Below are positions 10,776 to 24,036 of a stretch of 64,000 bases of DNA, one piece after another; position 1 is the first letter of the stretch; every line of letters starts with the position of its first letter. The notes beneath the pieces were generated by a model. The model saw only the letters and a list, made by a program, of their open reading frames with translations, searched no databases and had not been told where the DNA came from. A program made the translations under genes and the position numbers. Source of the stretch: Amphiscolops sp. MND2022 (lineage: Eukaryota); the NCBI GenBank assembly GCA_964187785.1, contig OZ076419.1, forward strand, positions 39,804,001 through 39,868,000, read 5' to 3'.

Positions 10776-13436
10776 TTATAAACGAGAATACAGCCAAGGT
10801 CGTATTTTCAAAGTAATACGACCTGTATACTTTAGCTCTTTTTTTGGAGCTTCTTACAGTCTTCTTGTTTCCGTTTCAAAATTTCTAGGACTTATTGTAC
10901 AACTGTCGTTTCGAAATTCGATGGACTATACAAAGAATTCAAGGACCCTTCGCTCTACAGGAACGAGTAGTCCTCTGTCTGGTTTCTGTTGAATTGTACT
11001 TCAACTAGAAAAATTCAGCCCTCCCTCTCCAGGATGTGATGCTAATATCTCGCTGTAATAATTGTTGTATTGCGTTGGAGTGAATTATGTCGAGTTTTCT
11101 ATCTCAGGTATTGTTTCAGTTTCGTATTTCAATTGAATCAATTTGATTGTTGGTGTTTTCAGCATCGGCAACTTGATTCCGGAAAACTTTTGAGATCAAT
11201 TAGTGTACTTAGCTTTGTTTTTACTTTATCCTCAATTACCAACTTATGCAGATTGTTGCATTTTCGCGTTGGAATAGATACCACTGTGATTATTGATGTT
11301 TTTCAACCTCATCTTTGATTTTCTAGACGAAACTTCCTAAAAGTGAACAGATATCGAGTAAAACCAGACTTTTCAGCTGTACAGGTTGAACTTGTTCTGT
11401 TGAGTAGTAACAGACTACTACTCAATATCTTTCAACTTTTTCCCACTTGAATTAGCTCCCAGCTCTTCACTATGTGACGTGGAACTCAAACTCTTCATTT
11501 GAAGACACTTCGCAACATTAGCAGGAGAGGTTATTAATTATTGAAATTTTGTAATAGACACCAGTTTGACTGATGATATTCATTTTTGGAACAGACGAAC
11601 ATAATCTCAATTGCGAACAATCAAGTACTGCATTCGATAAACGTCATCAATTTCATGCTTTGCTCCATCATGGGCGTTTTTGACAATGTCTATGCATTGT
11701 TTGGTGGTATTTTGTATAGGAATAGACAGGATTGTTTTTTTATTGTCAACCTTGAAGTTGCGCGCGAGGCACTAGTTTATGAATTTTAACTGAATTTTGA
11801 CTGTACTGTTGCAATGAAGAGAATATACCAATGTGAGTGTTGCTTCATCTTTCAGTTATTACTTTTGGAGGCAAATCAGAGATTACTTTTTTTTGTGGAA
11901 AACGGACCTTTCCGCAATACTCAAAGCACCAAATAGTAGAATTATGTAACGTATTAAATAGCAGGCTGACTGTCGATGTTTTTTTTATTGTTCGGTTGCT
12001 TTTGATTTGGAATGGTTGAATGCAATCCTTATGCACTCTACTTCTCCACGGTTGAATCAAGGTAAATAAATTAGCTTTTACTTTATTTCCATGGTTTCAA
12101 TTTGAAAATTTTTGAAATTTCGTGGTGGAACAAGTATCACTGTGAATTCTTTTGTTTTGAAAAACGTTCTGAATTACATTTTCTAATCAATCTGATAACA
12201 GTCTTTTCTTCAACTGGTAATATTTACCTCGAACGAACTGAATATCTGATAATTACTGGTAGTTGTAAAAGGTATCAAAATAGTCATTAGGTTTTGACTT
12301 ATTAATTGTTAGGTAACGTTGAAACAGCACTTCAAGTAGTTGGCAGTTCACCTATAAGCCTTCTTGACTTTGATTTGCAACGTTTTATTTCAGAGAAGAA
12401 GTGAAAAAAATAGCATTGCTAGTTAGAGATTTTCTCGCCTGAAAGTAATTTGGAAACATTGGACTCAATGGATACACATCTTTCCAACTGATGTTCATCT
12501 GAAATCCTTTCAAATGCCTGTCTAATGTAAACAATCGTTCAACTATTTATTTTGAAATTGCTCTATTTTGATGTTTATGTTTGAAGCATTGATTTTGATT
12601 TTCAAAACTTATCCATTATGCAGTGTACTTGTGATTTCTTTCGGTACTGACTCTAAGACGTGAAGGAAGTATGTTATCTTTTTGGTAGTAATAATCCGTT
12701 AGCAACATTAGGTCTTTTTTTTGTTGTTGTTTTCAACTGGATACATCAATCTCTGAGATTGACTCTTAACTGGCAAAACAATTTGTCAATAAGATCATGG
12801 GTTCACCTTGTTTCCCTCAGTTGTCATTTCCAAAATAAATAAGTACGATTCGATGAAAAAAATTTCAAACGACAGTTTTCCTATTTTTTTGTAAACCCAC
12901 CACGGTCACAACCTTCTAATGTTTTCCTGAACGAGTTCCACACCAATTTTGATTGACACCACTCTTGACTGTCGAAAATCTGAGAATTGGATGGTATTCT
13001 CGTATACATTTTGAATTGCAGCAACATTCAATTTTCACACTACAATACAATAAAATTTTAAAAACTATCAGTAGTTTTACAAGATGAAGGTTTCAAAAAG
13101 TTTTCAAATTGCGTTGATAGAGATGCTCAAAAAATGTTCAAGATAATCCTGATTTCTAGAGTTTTCAACAATATTTTCGAGTGACAAGACCAACAACCTA
13201 TGAACTGATTACAAAGATTGTCTCGAAAAAGTATGCGTGTGTGTGGATTCCACTTGATATATTATGTTGCTTGTTTTAATAGTTTTATTCATCAATTTTA
13301 GACAGTAATGAAGTTTAATGTAATTAGCATCGGAAGTTAAATTTACTTCTTGTAGTCTTTCGGTTTTGAAAAGTAATAAAGGAATACTAAATTGGCCAGA
13401 CATTAAAGTTTAAGTTTCATAAAACAAATTAAAAAG

Positions 13437-16400
13437 TTAGGCTTCTTGAGCTTCAAACATGATGAATGGGTTTTTTCGCGCTCGTTTTGGCGGTGAGTAC
13501 ACTTGTTCGTCGTCGGGCGTGTCAGACGATAGGAAACCTGGGTCAGGTATATCTTCTTTCTCGCTCTCTGTGCTTCTTTTATATGACACAACAAAGTGCT
13601 TCTCGTCCATTGATATCGTTGGATCAACTAAAATCTCTGGCAATATACTTTTTGGCGATGAGTGGGGTATTTCATAATGCCCAAAAGCTAGGGTTTCATT
13701 CACATCTTCTTCAATGTATCGCTTGTTATCAGCACTGTTCAAAACAATTTTGTTGCATTCCTCAACAAAAAGCTCCAAGTTGTGAGACTTGATTGTTCGC
13801 ATTTTCTCTTTGATCGTTAGCTTTTCAGTCAGGACTCTTTTGTATAGATCGTGATGGAGAGCTTTCTGTACTATCTTCGTAACACCTTTTGCACACTTTT
13901 TGGATTTTACTGATGATTTGATGCTGTACATTTTTGCTCTCAGTCCGACATACTCGCTGATGATTCCACTATTCATCTCGTCTTTCATCTTCAGTACTAC
14001 TTTCTTGTTTTTATCGCAGTGCAAAGGGTGATCGTTTGGATAATCTGAAAAGTCAAACTCGTCCTGGATTTTTTGAAAGTCTTCGTACAAATTTTCCGTC
14101 TCAATTGCTAACAAAAGCGAGTCTGTGTCTGAGTAGAGAAGTTTCGCCTTGTCCCCATAAGTTGGTTTTATTGTTTGGTAGAGAAATTTGTACATAACCA
14201 ACTTGGACAAATCCAAAACTGTAGCTCCAATGTATGTAGGTTTGTTCCAGGTTACTATCGACTTACCCATAATCAAAGCACATAGATTCGGTTGAAAAAT
14301 TTTAAAAGATTTGAAGTTGGGTTTGCTAATAAACTTTTCACAATGGGTGTCATCTGTGAAAAGCTTTATATTTTGACGATTCGTCAAATCTTCCATGGAT
14401 TTCCCAAAAACTGAATTGTTTAACAATTTTCCGAGATCTTTCAAACAATCAGTTTTTGCTTTACGCCGAATTTCTGTGTTGATGTCAATATAGCATTTCA
14501 TCCATTTGCTCTGCCAAAATTTGATAACTTTATGAACTTTTACCACTTGTAACCCATGAGAAACGTAAAATTTCAAAATCCTGTAGTGGCACACGTAATA
14601 TTCCTTTGTGTTAAATGTTTGCAAAAGCTTGAATGTTTCCCCTGATTCACACTTTTCTCGTGCTTGTGAAGGTGAGAGCATTTCTTTTGTTATTTTTAAA
14701 TGCTCTGGTGCCAATGGATAATCATTGTGTTGATCATGTAATTCTTTTGGATATTCCAAATCAACAACAACGAAAAATCCAAATTCAGCATCGTCAGCAG
14801 TTGCTAATACAGTTGCAAGAGAATCCGTTGTTTCTGAAAAGTTGCCAATGGGTAAACTTTCACGCATTACTCCTCCATAGAGATTATTAGCGTCTAATAA
14901 AATCATCCAGGTTTTTGGCTCTGTTGCGTTATAATTTTCACATTGTGGATTATTCGCTTTGAAAAATCTACTGTGAAAAACACCACATATTCCACCCCTG
15001 ATTCCTCTCTTCACAATATCAAGATGGTCTTTTTCTGATAGTAAATCCAATTCAACCTTTGTTGTTTTGAGCATTGCTTCCCATGCAAAATGAGGAGCTG
15101 TAAGAAAGTGTGCTGGGTCCAGACCAAAATTGCTGTAAGCCAGTTGTCGAAAGTTCTCAAATACGTCGGCTAGGGTGTAAACATCAACTTGAAGACAAAA
15201 ATATCATGATATTCCCCCAGATTTTTTATACCTAGGCATTGCCACACCTTTTTAGCGTGCTGGTAGTCTTGATCCGATATCGGTTCATTGGATAAAGTGT
15301 CAATCCAGATGGGGGGAAGTTCGGTTTCTTGGAACTTGTCAAATGAGTCCATATAGCTATAAGGGTAAACTCCTTTCTGAAGAATTAGATTTTGCTGATC
15401 TTGTGAGAAATGACTGAAACCTTCTTTGAAGGTAGTAAAGGGAACATTATCAGTCTTCATTGTTTCAATAAGGCTGCTCAATGACTTTGCTTGGAATCGG
15501 AAACTATCAATAAACTTGAGCTTTTCAAATGTAATTACCTTTTGATTTTGGTCATTCTGGAAAGACCCTGTTGGTACACAAATTGAAAAGCTGATGAATT
15601 CTTCAGAGTTGTTTGCAATGCACTCTAGTTTTTCGTTACCGTCTCCAGGTCGATAATACCTCAGAAGTTGCCTAAAATCATACTTTGAGCCATTGTGAAA
15701 AATAACTGGAGTGAAATTTGGTGTTCTGCATGATATGTTACATTTACTATGGGCTATGCCTCGCAGTTTACCGGTAACATGATTATGCTCAAAAACCCTG
15801 TCGTTTCCGAGTGTTTCGTCACAAATAGAACAATCAACAGCATCTCTCAACTTTGTAAAATCACTAGTTTTCTTTTGGTAAAAAGGAAATCTTCTCTTGT
15901 CTCGATATATTTCTTTAGCCCAATTTCGAACCGTGTCCAAAAAACCTGTGACACACCCCTCACTCCGACTGGAATATTGCTTTATCAGTTTCCCTTTTTC
16001 ATTTAAGCATATTGCATGAATGCCACAAGGTATTTGTTTTTCAACTTTTCGTGCATGTAATTGGTTGGGTGTGTAGGTAATTTTTGGTGTGATGGCCTCT
16101 ATGTCTGCATAAATAACAAACGGGGCTCGCATTCTTGCTGCAAAACTTTTCCAAGCCATCTTACCATTTTGTTTCATCTTTATTCGGCAAGGTTGTTCAG
16201 AACACATGAGTTGACGATTCTTGAAGCGACTCAAGCTTGAACTTCCAGTCAAACAACGTCGACAGTAAAATTGATTCTTTTTCTTTGTTTCTCTTCGCAT
16301 AAACCCATTGAAATTTGTAATTAAACAGTAGTGATAACGACCATCGTCCTCAAGTAGCAATAAATCCACCGGAAATCCATTTTTGTTGGAAATACGAATA

Positions 16401-17239
16401 GGATAAATTTCCTTATCCAGAGCAAAAACATTAATTGATGAATCATTAGCTCCTTCAATCCTGCCAATGTCTTTAATTGTCACAGGATTCTCCGCGTCAC
16501 ATAAGTCAATTTTTTGAAACTTTTCATATGTGCTAGGACGACTCTTCTTGTTTTTTATATCGCGATAATGTCTTGCTGCGAGAATACAAAGCTCAAAACA
16601 GTTATTTGCCTTGATTGTTCGGATATTAAGCAAGAAGTTATTGTTTGAAAACTTGGTTGGTGTTGGTATAAAGCTTCCAGCTCTGATGGGCTTGTTTCGA
16701 GCGAAATTAATACTCAATTTCAAAATCTTCTTAACACTCCATCCAGAGCCATGCTGACAGAAGTTTTCAAACTGTTTCAGAATGTGATTTTTAATTTGGT
16801 CGAATGTTTCTCTCGAGAGACCCTCTGAATAAACAGCTTGCATTTTTGAGTTGAAACAAGTCTCAATTTCCAATTCAGTAGTTGGTTTGAATAATAAAAC
16901 ACACAAGGATAATTGGATTTTCAAACTAGTTGCCTCTTGTAAGTTTTTGATAATTAATGAATAGAGGTCCGGATAGAAGTTATTTAGGAAAACAATGGGA
17001 TCGAGGATTGTATTTTTTGGTTTAAAAGAGATAACTTTCAAGTAATTTCGTGTGGTATTCTCTTCAAAATCATAATCATCGCTGTCAGTTGTGTTCTCTC
17101 TTGTTGTTTCTGAGTTGGTTTGAGAATTTGACTCACGGTCGTTCGAATGATCTCTGTGTTTTTGGCGTACGTGTCTGTTCAGATTTCGCTTGTGTTTGTA
17201 ACATTTTAAGCAAGTTTCACAACAAAGTTTTCTGTCCAT
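13437..17239 (-). CDS. polB: Protein-primed family B DNA polymerase (pPolB, ~1265 aa) with N-terminal C2H2 zinc finger and endonuclease-VII-like module; one frameshift near 15200
   Basis: CETCLKCYKHKRNLNRHVRQKH (C2H2); CSIC...HNHVTGKLRGIAHSKCN (EndoVII-like); Exo I YADIEA; Exo II HNGSKYDF; motif A LLDANNLYG; motif B KLLNNSVFGK; motif C YSDTDS. The frame shift at the A5 run 15197-15201 joins YHD to LQVDVYTLADVFENFR. Confidence 0.95.
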
Positions 17240-18076
17240 AATGGAGGAGCGACTGGAAGGGTAGAATATACAACTTGTATTTGCAACAAAAGTTTTCAGT
17301 CTGTTTTTCAGAAAAATTCATTAGGTATTGGTCAAAATGTTGGAAAGTTGGGATAGCCACTTCCTATTGGTCGCAATATTAAATATGTTTCCCTGTTGCG
17401 ATCTTAATCACATGGAGTTTACAATCATTCATGTTTCAGGTCATTCTGTGAATTTCTTGTAGTTTTTCCGAAAAATTCTGTTCTTGACCTCAGAGAAGTT
17501 GTTTCTACTGAAAATTAAATACTAGGGAAGTCATATATAAATTATTTGTTATTTGTTTAGGTATAGTTTTAGTTGTAGTTATAGTTAAGCTATTTTTGAC
17601 CACAGAAAGTGACCTCTTGAAAAGGTCTAGATGACTAGCAAGTTTCAGTTAAGGTGAAGTTTTTCTTAAACTCAAGAAGTTGTTTTTCTCTGGACCTTAG
17701 AAAGATACAAAACACGTAGTGAATTTCGATTTAACTTTGAGTCTCAAGACATTATTCATGTTCATAGTTATTCTTATAATCTTTAACCTCAGGAAAGTAA
17801 TCTTCTTTTGAAATAGAAAACGAAATAGAAGCGATATTCAATTCAAATATTGAGTCTTGATTGATTAGTTTCATGATTTGCTCGTGAAGGTTATAAACAA
17901 AGTCATTGACAACATACCTTCGTTAGTTATAAATCATAAATTATTGAATTTCAACACTTTGTTTCACGATTGAATTGGAACGAAAGCTTTATTACACTAC
18001 AACCAATCAAAGGCATAGACTTTTGATTCATTTTTTCGAAGCATCTAACACATGCTTTAGGAAACGCTCAAGGAGT

Positions 18077-18829
18077 TCAAGTAATTAGGGCAAGCTTCAT
18101 GGCATAGATGATTATTCCATATTCACTTTTTACACTCTCTACCAACTGGAAACATAGGCTCCAAAGAGCTTGTTCGTGTCCTTGTAAGTTGTCTCCATCC
18201 ACATAATATTGGATTGGGGTTACTGTCGTTGATGAGTTCAATCTTGGGACAACAAAATCGAATTTTGCTTTAACAGGAGGGGCGGATGAGAAAAAACGTT
18301 TGAGTTGCTCTTGAATTGTCACTGTCCAAACGAAGGCTCCACTATTCGATTTTCTGGCAATTTCTTGAAAGTATCGGGAATAAAAACTGCAGGATCCATA
18401 TAAAAAAATTATGTAGTACCTGAAGCAACATATGTAAAAGACAAGTTGCGACTTGGGTGAGATACTTGAAACAGTTTAAAAAATCGAGTTTTTTACTTAC
18501 TTGATATCTGAGTCAATAGTCGTTGCTTCTATAGTTTCTTTTACTTCCAAAAGTGTGGTCTTCCTTGTTAAACCACCATCGATATTTCCCTCCACCATTA
18601 CCATCTCGTCTTGAACTAGGTATTGACCAAACAGTTTTGTGTTGTTGCTTGTAAACGTCATTTTGAAGCGTTTCGAAGATTTTGAAATAAAACCGGATTT
18701 TCCGAAGAAGAAGAACGGTCTAGGTAACAATAAAGTGAATCTGATAGTTGGTTGGCTGTCTTGAAATGGTATAGGGGAAAAATTACAATGACTGGAATAT
18801 TTGTTAGACAACACCTTTCTATTGGCCAT
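18077..18829 (-). pseudogene. Interrupted or spliced ORF of unknown function inside the Polinton
   Basis: ORFs 18497-18829 and 18077-18322 are in one frame. The two intervening stops both fall inside a 36-nt GTAAGT...TTTCAAG segment (18465-18500). Confidence 0.3.
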
Positions 18830-20169
18830 ATTTCAGTGTTAGTCTTTTCTTTCAATCAAGCACAACTTGTAATATTCTCTCAGATATCATCAATTTCTAT
18901 AACCTTCAATAACAAACTGTGAATAATTTCTTTTGTTAGTATTCTTGGGTATTCATTTCAAATTTGAAACATTCCATCTTTGATTATTCATACAACAAAG
19001 TCCATAACTATTCTGACAGATTATTGCAATTAGATCACTCAATTCTTTCAACTCGTCAGCAAAACCGTCATTATCGGAAACAAATACGCTGTATAAAGAG
19101 GGTTTATTGGTTGTCCTGTTGTTACATTTTCCACCATAGTCCATTTAAGTTTTGCACCTTAAACATGTTGAAATTTAATGAAATATTAGATTTTAAAAAA
19201 AATCGTTCTTTCAAATTACCTGTTTTGTTTGGAAACAATTCAGAAACATCAATTACCACCACTGGAATCCAAAAGTTACTCATAAATTGTTCGAGGCATT
19301 CTTTGAAATTGTCACTGTCTGTTCGTTGGTATATAATAAGATACCTGTAATTTTGTTGTTAATGAAAAAGTATACATATCACTTCTTGTAATAACTAGAT
19401 ATAACAACCTGAAGTTTTCACTTGGCTTTTGAACATATATTGAAACAATCAACTCCTGGAGTGTAGCTTCCCGTATCATTTAATCACAACTCCATAAATC
19501 ATAGTATTTGAAGTACGGAAATGTTTGCTAAAACTCATATTAAGGGAGTGCGAGGGTGGAAACAGTATTAATTGTTATACATTTTACCAAAGAATTCAGA
19601 TGCAATTCCATAACTTGAAGTGGTTTTCACTATACTTGAAGAAAATCTTCACTATAATAGCTGTAGAGATTCATGAAAAGGATCTACTTTTATTAACTTT
19701 AACCGAAAGTGGTGGCGATGTCACGATTACTCTCGAATTTATGTCCCCTGCGTGGATTGAGTTAACACTTTATTTTCACCATCACAAGAGTCTGAAGGCA
19801 GTCCCTCGAAGCGAAAAATTACGTTATCTTTTTATGCGGAAGCGACTTACAGATCTCTTTGAAACCCAGAAACCTCCTTTCATGGATTGAGTGTTTCTCA
19901 AAATTATATTCCAAATTAACCTCAGAAACGAATTTCTCGCCGTTAGTTAACATCTTGACTCAATTATTTAACCAAGCTCTTGAAGTCACTCGATAATAAC
20001 TTCTTTGATATTGAAAATATTGAGAAGACGCGGCGCACCCTCTTTATTGACACACAAGTCAAACCTTTACGATTTTTAAACAAGAACCACTTGAGAATTC
20101 GCCCCAGCGCAAGTGGTAAAAATAACAAATGGCACTGTACACATAAAAGCCCACGACGCGAGTAATAAA

Positions 20170-20318
20170 GCCACACCCATTTAAACCAGTCTGAATTTCA
20201 AGGTTATATCCCCACACCAACAGTCTTAATTTCACGGTAATCCCCCCCCCGTATAAATTAGTTCACATTCACGAAAACGAAGCAAAAGTGACCCAGGGTT
20301 CCTACTTTTATGACTACT
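20170..20318 (-). repeat. Right terminal inverted repeat (149 bp)
   Basis: Reverse complement of 5933-6081; ends ...ATGACTACT and is followed by the TSD GGCTCG. Confidence 0.95.
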
Positions 20319-20954
20319 GGCTCGTGTATATATATTTTCTTGTCGAAAATGTTCTGACTTCTGTAGATGAACTAGAGATACTACTGGATTTTGACTCGAG
20401 GTCATCATAACTTTTTTCAGTCGTTAATTCCTCCCCAACTACACATACCAGAAATGAAATATAGCCCGTCTGAAAGGTCCGTTACTGGACGTTCAGTGTA
20501 GGTTAGTGAGCCTCTGTCACCGTCCTCGCCTCTCGCTCCAAGATTTTAGTATCTTTTTTTTGGTACCGTTACTTCGCAACAGTTTCGCGCTTCGTGCGGT
20601 CCGCTCCCCGGGGGCGTGTAGTGCACAATACTTTGCTGTCAAAAGATTTGGGGTGGTTTTTCTTATTGGGTCAAGGTTTCTTTGAGAAAAAGAATTTTGC
20701 TAAAAGAAAATTCTCGAAAAGTTACTGGTATTAATATACTGGTTAATATTATAATTCCCCATGAATTTTTCCCAAATTGATTTTAAAAAAAACACATGAA
20801 ACACTGAGTCGGACTTGTCGTACTAGACAACTTCAATTTTGGCTTTGGATCTTCTCAAGTGGTTCAGTGTTCAAGAATGATACTTCACTTAATTGGTCAT
20901 TATCCTCTCCTCGATATTTACCTTTAGGGTATTGTTAAAATATTATTATTCAAG

Positions 20955-21173
20955 TGATGATGCGATTAGGCTTGGAAGCTGAAGGACTTTGGGTTGATGT
21001 CTGTTCACACGGCATTCAATGCTTACCCTGTGGAGTGATGACGTCAACGGACCCTGGCGATTGGGCAGGAGTATACTGTCTGGGTGGTTTCATTGCTGGC
21101 AATGAAGTTCGAATTCGACACAAATACCAAACAATGCGGTTTTGTGAAGTCGAGATAATCGGAAAGGCAATCG
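20955..21173 (+). CDS. Host gene exon: C-terminal half of the F-type lectin-like domain
   Basis: Acceptor TTCAAG| is phase-1 compatible with exon 4748-4972. Encodes MMRLG...CLPCG...VYCLGGFIAGNEVRIRHKYQTMRFCEVEIIG, matching the FTP end GRYVxI...LxLCEVEV. Donor G|GTTAGT. Confidence 0.7.
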
Positions 21174-21293
21174 GTTAGTGAATGAGGATGAAAAGCGTTC
21201 AAGCACAATTTTCATACATACACTAACACATGCGTCAGACTCCGCAGTTGGTCGGTCAGTTTGGAAATGGTCTAACATTTACACTCAAAATAG

Positions 21294-21359
21294 ACCCGTA
21301 CAACATGAACCGGTGTCGAAGATTCAAATGCCCTCTTGGACTGCATGAGACTAAGAAAG
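21294..21359 (+). CDS. Probable next small host exon (DPYNMNRCRRFKCPLGLHETKK)
   Basis: CTAAC branch-like motif plus AAATAG acceptor, phase-1 compatible; possible donor G|GTACGA. Confidence 0.4.
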
Positions 21360-21845
21360 GTACGAGAAAGCCACATGCATGGCAAGGACATTAACACAAT
21401 TTTGATGAGTTGTGAAATGAATTAACGCATGAACATATTCAGCCCTCCTCATTTGATTATCGTTAGTTTTACAGTCTTCTAAAACGCTTAGAACTCAAAA
21501 ATATACACGCACTAGGAAAGTCTGGTGCATTACTTTTCCATTTAATTAGTCCCCCAGCTGGAAAAATGGGTCAAAAGCTTAGACAGATGATGCTTCTATT
21601 AGTGCTGACAGTTTGTTTCCTAGTTTTTACAGGTTTGCAGAAAATCTTGACAGAATTGGGTATAGAAACCATGTCTTCAACCAACAAACAATTTAAGATG
21701 GAAGTTTCCGTTTTTTGCGCACTATTCTTCCAAACGAGAAATTAAATTCAAAAGAGCACAACGGTTTAGGCAAAACAGGGTAAACAAAAATAGAATATTT
21801 GTACAAGCAATAATTATAAGAACATTGAAACCCAAAGGGCTTTCC

Positions 21846-24036
21846 TGTCACAGCCCGCTCCCGGTCTGGGATGTTGCTGCAAACGCATCGGAATCGGGAG
21901 AGGACACGACAGCAGCCTGCGATTCCCCAAATGGTATTTTAACTATTAACTCCAAACATTAGTACCCACATTTAAAATAAACGGTGACTGAAAATATAAA
22001 ATATATGTCTATGTTGCGCAACTTTTAAACAGAAAAGTAATGAAAACAGGAAAATAAATGGACCAAAATGATTTCACCTATTTCCGGCATTGGCGCTTTT
22101 GTCACGTCAAAAAAAGAACATCGGGTACCTGAAAATCGAACCAAAACTGCGTCTCAAGATCAAAATCATAGACTAATCTAAATGAAAAACAGATACGAAA
22201 TTATCTCTAAAAAGAGCGCATACCCAGATCTAAAATGAAAACCACTTTGAAATACACGCTAGGACATAACGAATCGTCAAAATAAGGCTAGTTAATTGCG
22301 TTTGGACAGCAATTATTGTGATTTAGAACGTTGATAATGCGCGTGATAAAGTAAACAAAGCGGCGGTAAGAAAAAACGTACATGTACAATTGTCGTCACT
22401 AAGACGAAGACAAGTTTTGGAAATATATAACGTGACGTCACAACTCCGTCTAGGCATACCAAGTAATCATTCCGATTATCCGCCTGTGCTACGTCACGTA
22501 ACCAACGGCCATATTAAAAATCACTCCAATTATCCGCCAGTGTGATTGCACGGCCTTGGTAACTAGGTAGTAGTTCGTTCTAAATACTCGTCATCGATGC
22601 TTCAAACTAGTCAACATCTTAGTTCTGCCAAGAAAACTCGTCAACATGACGTTGACAAATTCATGAAATTAGATGAATTAAGTAAATCTGCCAAATTAGT
22701 AACGAAAACTTGTCAACACTACGTCACAAATCCATCAAAATAGCTGTTCTAATCCACCTGAAATCATGAGATGAATACTTTACCGATGAATCTAAAATGA
22801 AGAATGTGTTTGAAGTGCGCTTAATCTAACTAGGGAAATGGATTTGGAAATTGTGTCAACCTTCCGTCAGACAAGTTGTTATCAATCTAAAAGTGTTCTA
22901 GAAATAAATAGAAAGAAAATTCTTCGTAGATTATGAGTGAAAGTCACAGTTTATCATTGAAGTTGAAACAAGCTAATTGTATTTTTACTAGAGACATTTT
23001 TTTTATATGCTTGTACTTTCTACCCCATCTTTTGAATGTATGTTTCATAACCTTAACTTTGACTATACTTGCGCGAACATGTCGTTACTTACCTCGTGAA
23101 CTTATTGTAAGTCTTTACCAAAAGATGCAGTTGATTGAATATAATACTCTCCAATTTGTAAGCTTTTCGCAATTGTCACGACAGACCAAAACTACTACTG
23201 ATGCGTTGATTTAAATGTTGATGTTGGTAAACGTTATTTTGTCTCTAATCTAATATCCATCATTGCAATCTATTCAGAATATCTTCCTAGCATCGTTCAA
23301 ACAATCATAACTCAAGATTCAGTCATAGCATTTGTCCAAGTAAAAATTCAAAATCAGGTAATGTTTGTTCACGTCAGCGTCATTTCTGCGTCATTTTTCC
23401 TACGAACCAACGCTATAAAACAGGGAATCATTTCCGGCTTGACAGACTGAAGTAATGTCTACTTCCTGCTTGGGAGGAAACAAAAGGACGCCAGAATGAA
23501 ATGATATGATGCTCTTAGATGATTGAGGGACTCAGTCTTTTTCATCTGGAACAAATCAGTTGTGTTACGATTTCTCATTGCTCAGCTTAATTCTCAAAAT
23601 GTTGAAAAATACAGTTCGAAAGTGAGAATTCAAATTCAATCTCTTCATTCATAATGTCAACTGCAAGAAGCCAAAAGAGGAAGAGCAACCAACAATGTAA
23701 GTGAAGGTCTAGTTTCACCAACAGTAGTAGAAAATTCTTGTTTCTTGAATCGGGACGTAAACGTTGCTGGACCGTCAAGGCCAAAATCTACCAGGATCTA
23801 AAATAGCCTCCTAGAAAGTTTGAGGGTTTCTTTGAAAAAGGAAATAACCTGGGAAGTTAAGAGTCTTCTCATAGAGTCCCAGAAGGAGATTTTAAAAATG
23901 CTAAAACTAAAAACAGGAGAAAACATGAGAGAAAACACCGAAGAAACGGGAAATGAAACTAGGAGTTTCTACATTCCTACAAAATCTGTCAGAATCAATT
24001 CAACCCAAAACAACGACCCGAACATGAGTCGTAACA
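21846..24036 (+). mobile_element. Solo LTR, Gypsy family B (2191 bp)
   Basis: TGTCACAG...GTCGTAACA flanked by perfect 5-bp TSD TTTCC (21841-45 and 24037-41); reverse-complement homologue of 45930-48289. Confidence 0.93.

Larger units (their letters stand above)
5933..20318 (-). mobile_element. Polinton/Maverick-type element, reduced (pPolB only recognisable)
   Basis: 149-bp TIRs beginning AGTAGT, 6-bp TSD and internal pPolB; these three features define Polintons/Mavericks. Confidence 0.95.

Noticed and set aside
19525-20165. Short ORFs near the right TIR as Polinton core genes
   Set aside because: 121 and 61 aa with no recognisable integrase, ATPase or capsid motif.
20928-20954. Alternative acceptor CTTTAG for the lectin-like exon
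   Set aside because: In phase but introduces TAA after 3 codons; the CAAG acceptor gives consensus domain spacing.
23430-23500. Hammerhead ribozyme in the B/C shared LTR block
   Set aside because: CTGAAGT breaks the invariant CUGANGA core and the stems do not assemble around GAAA.
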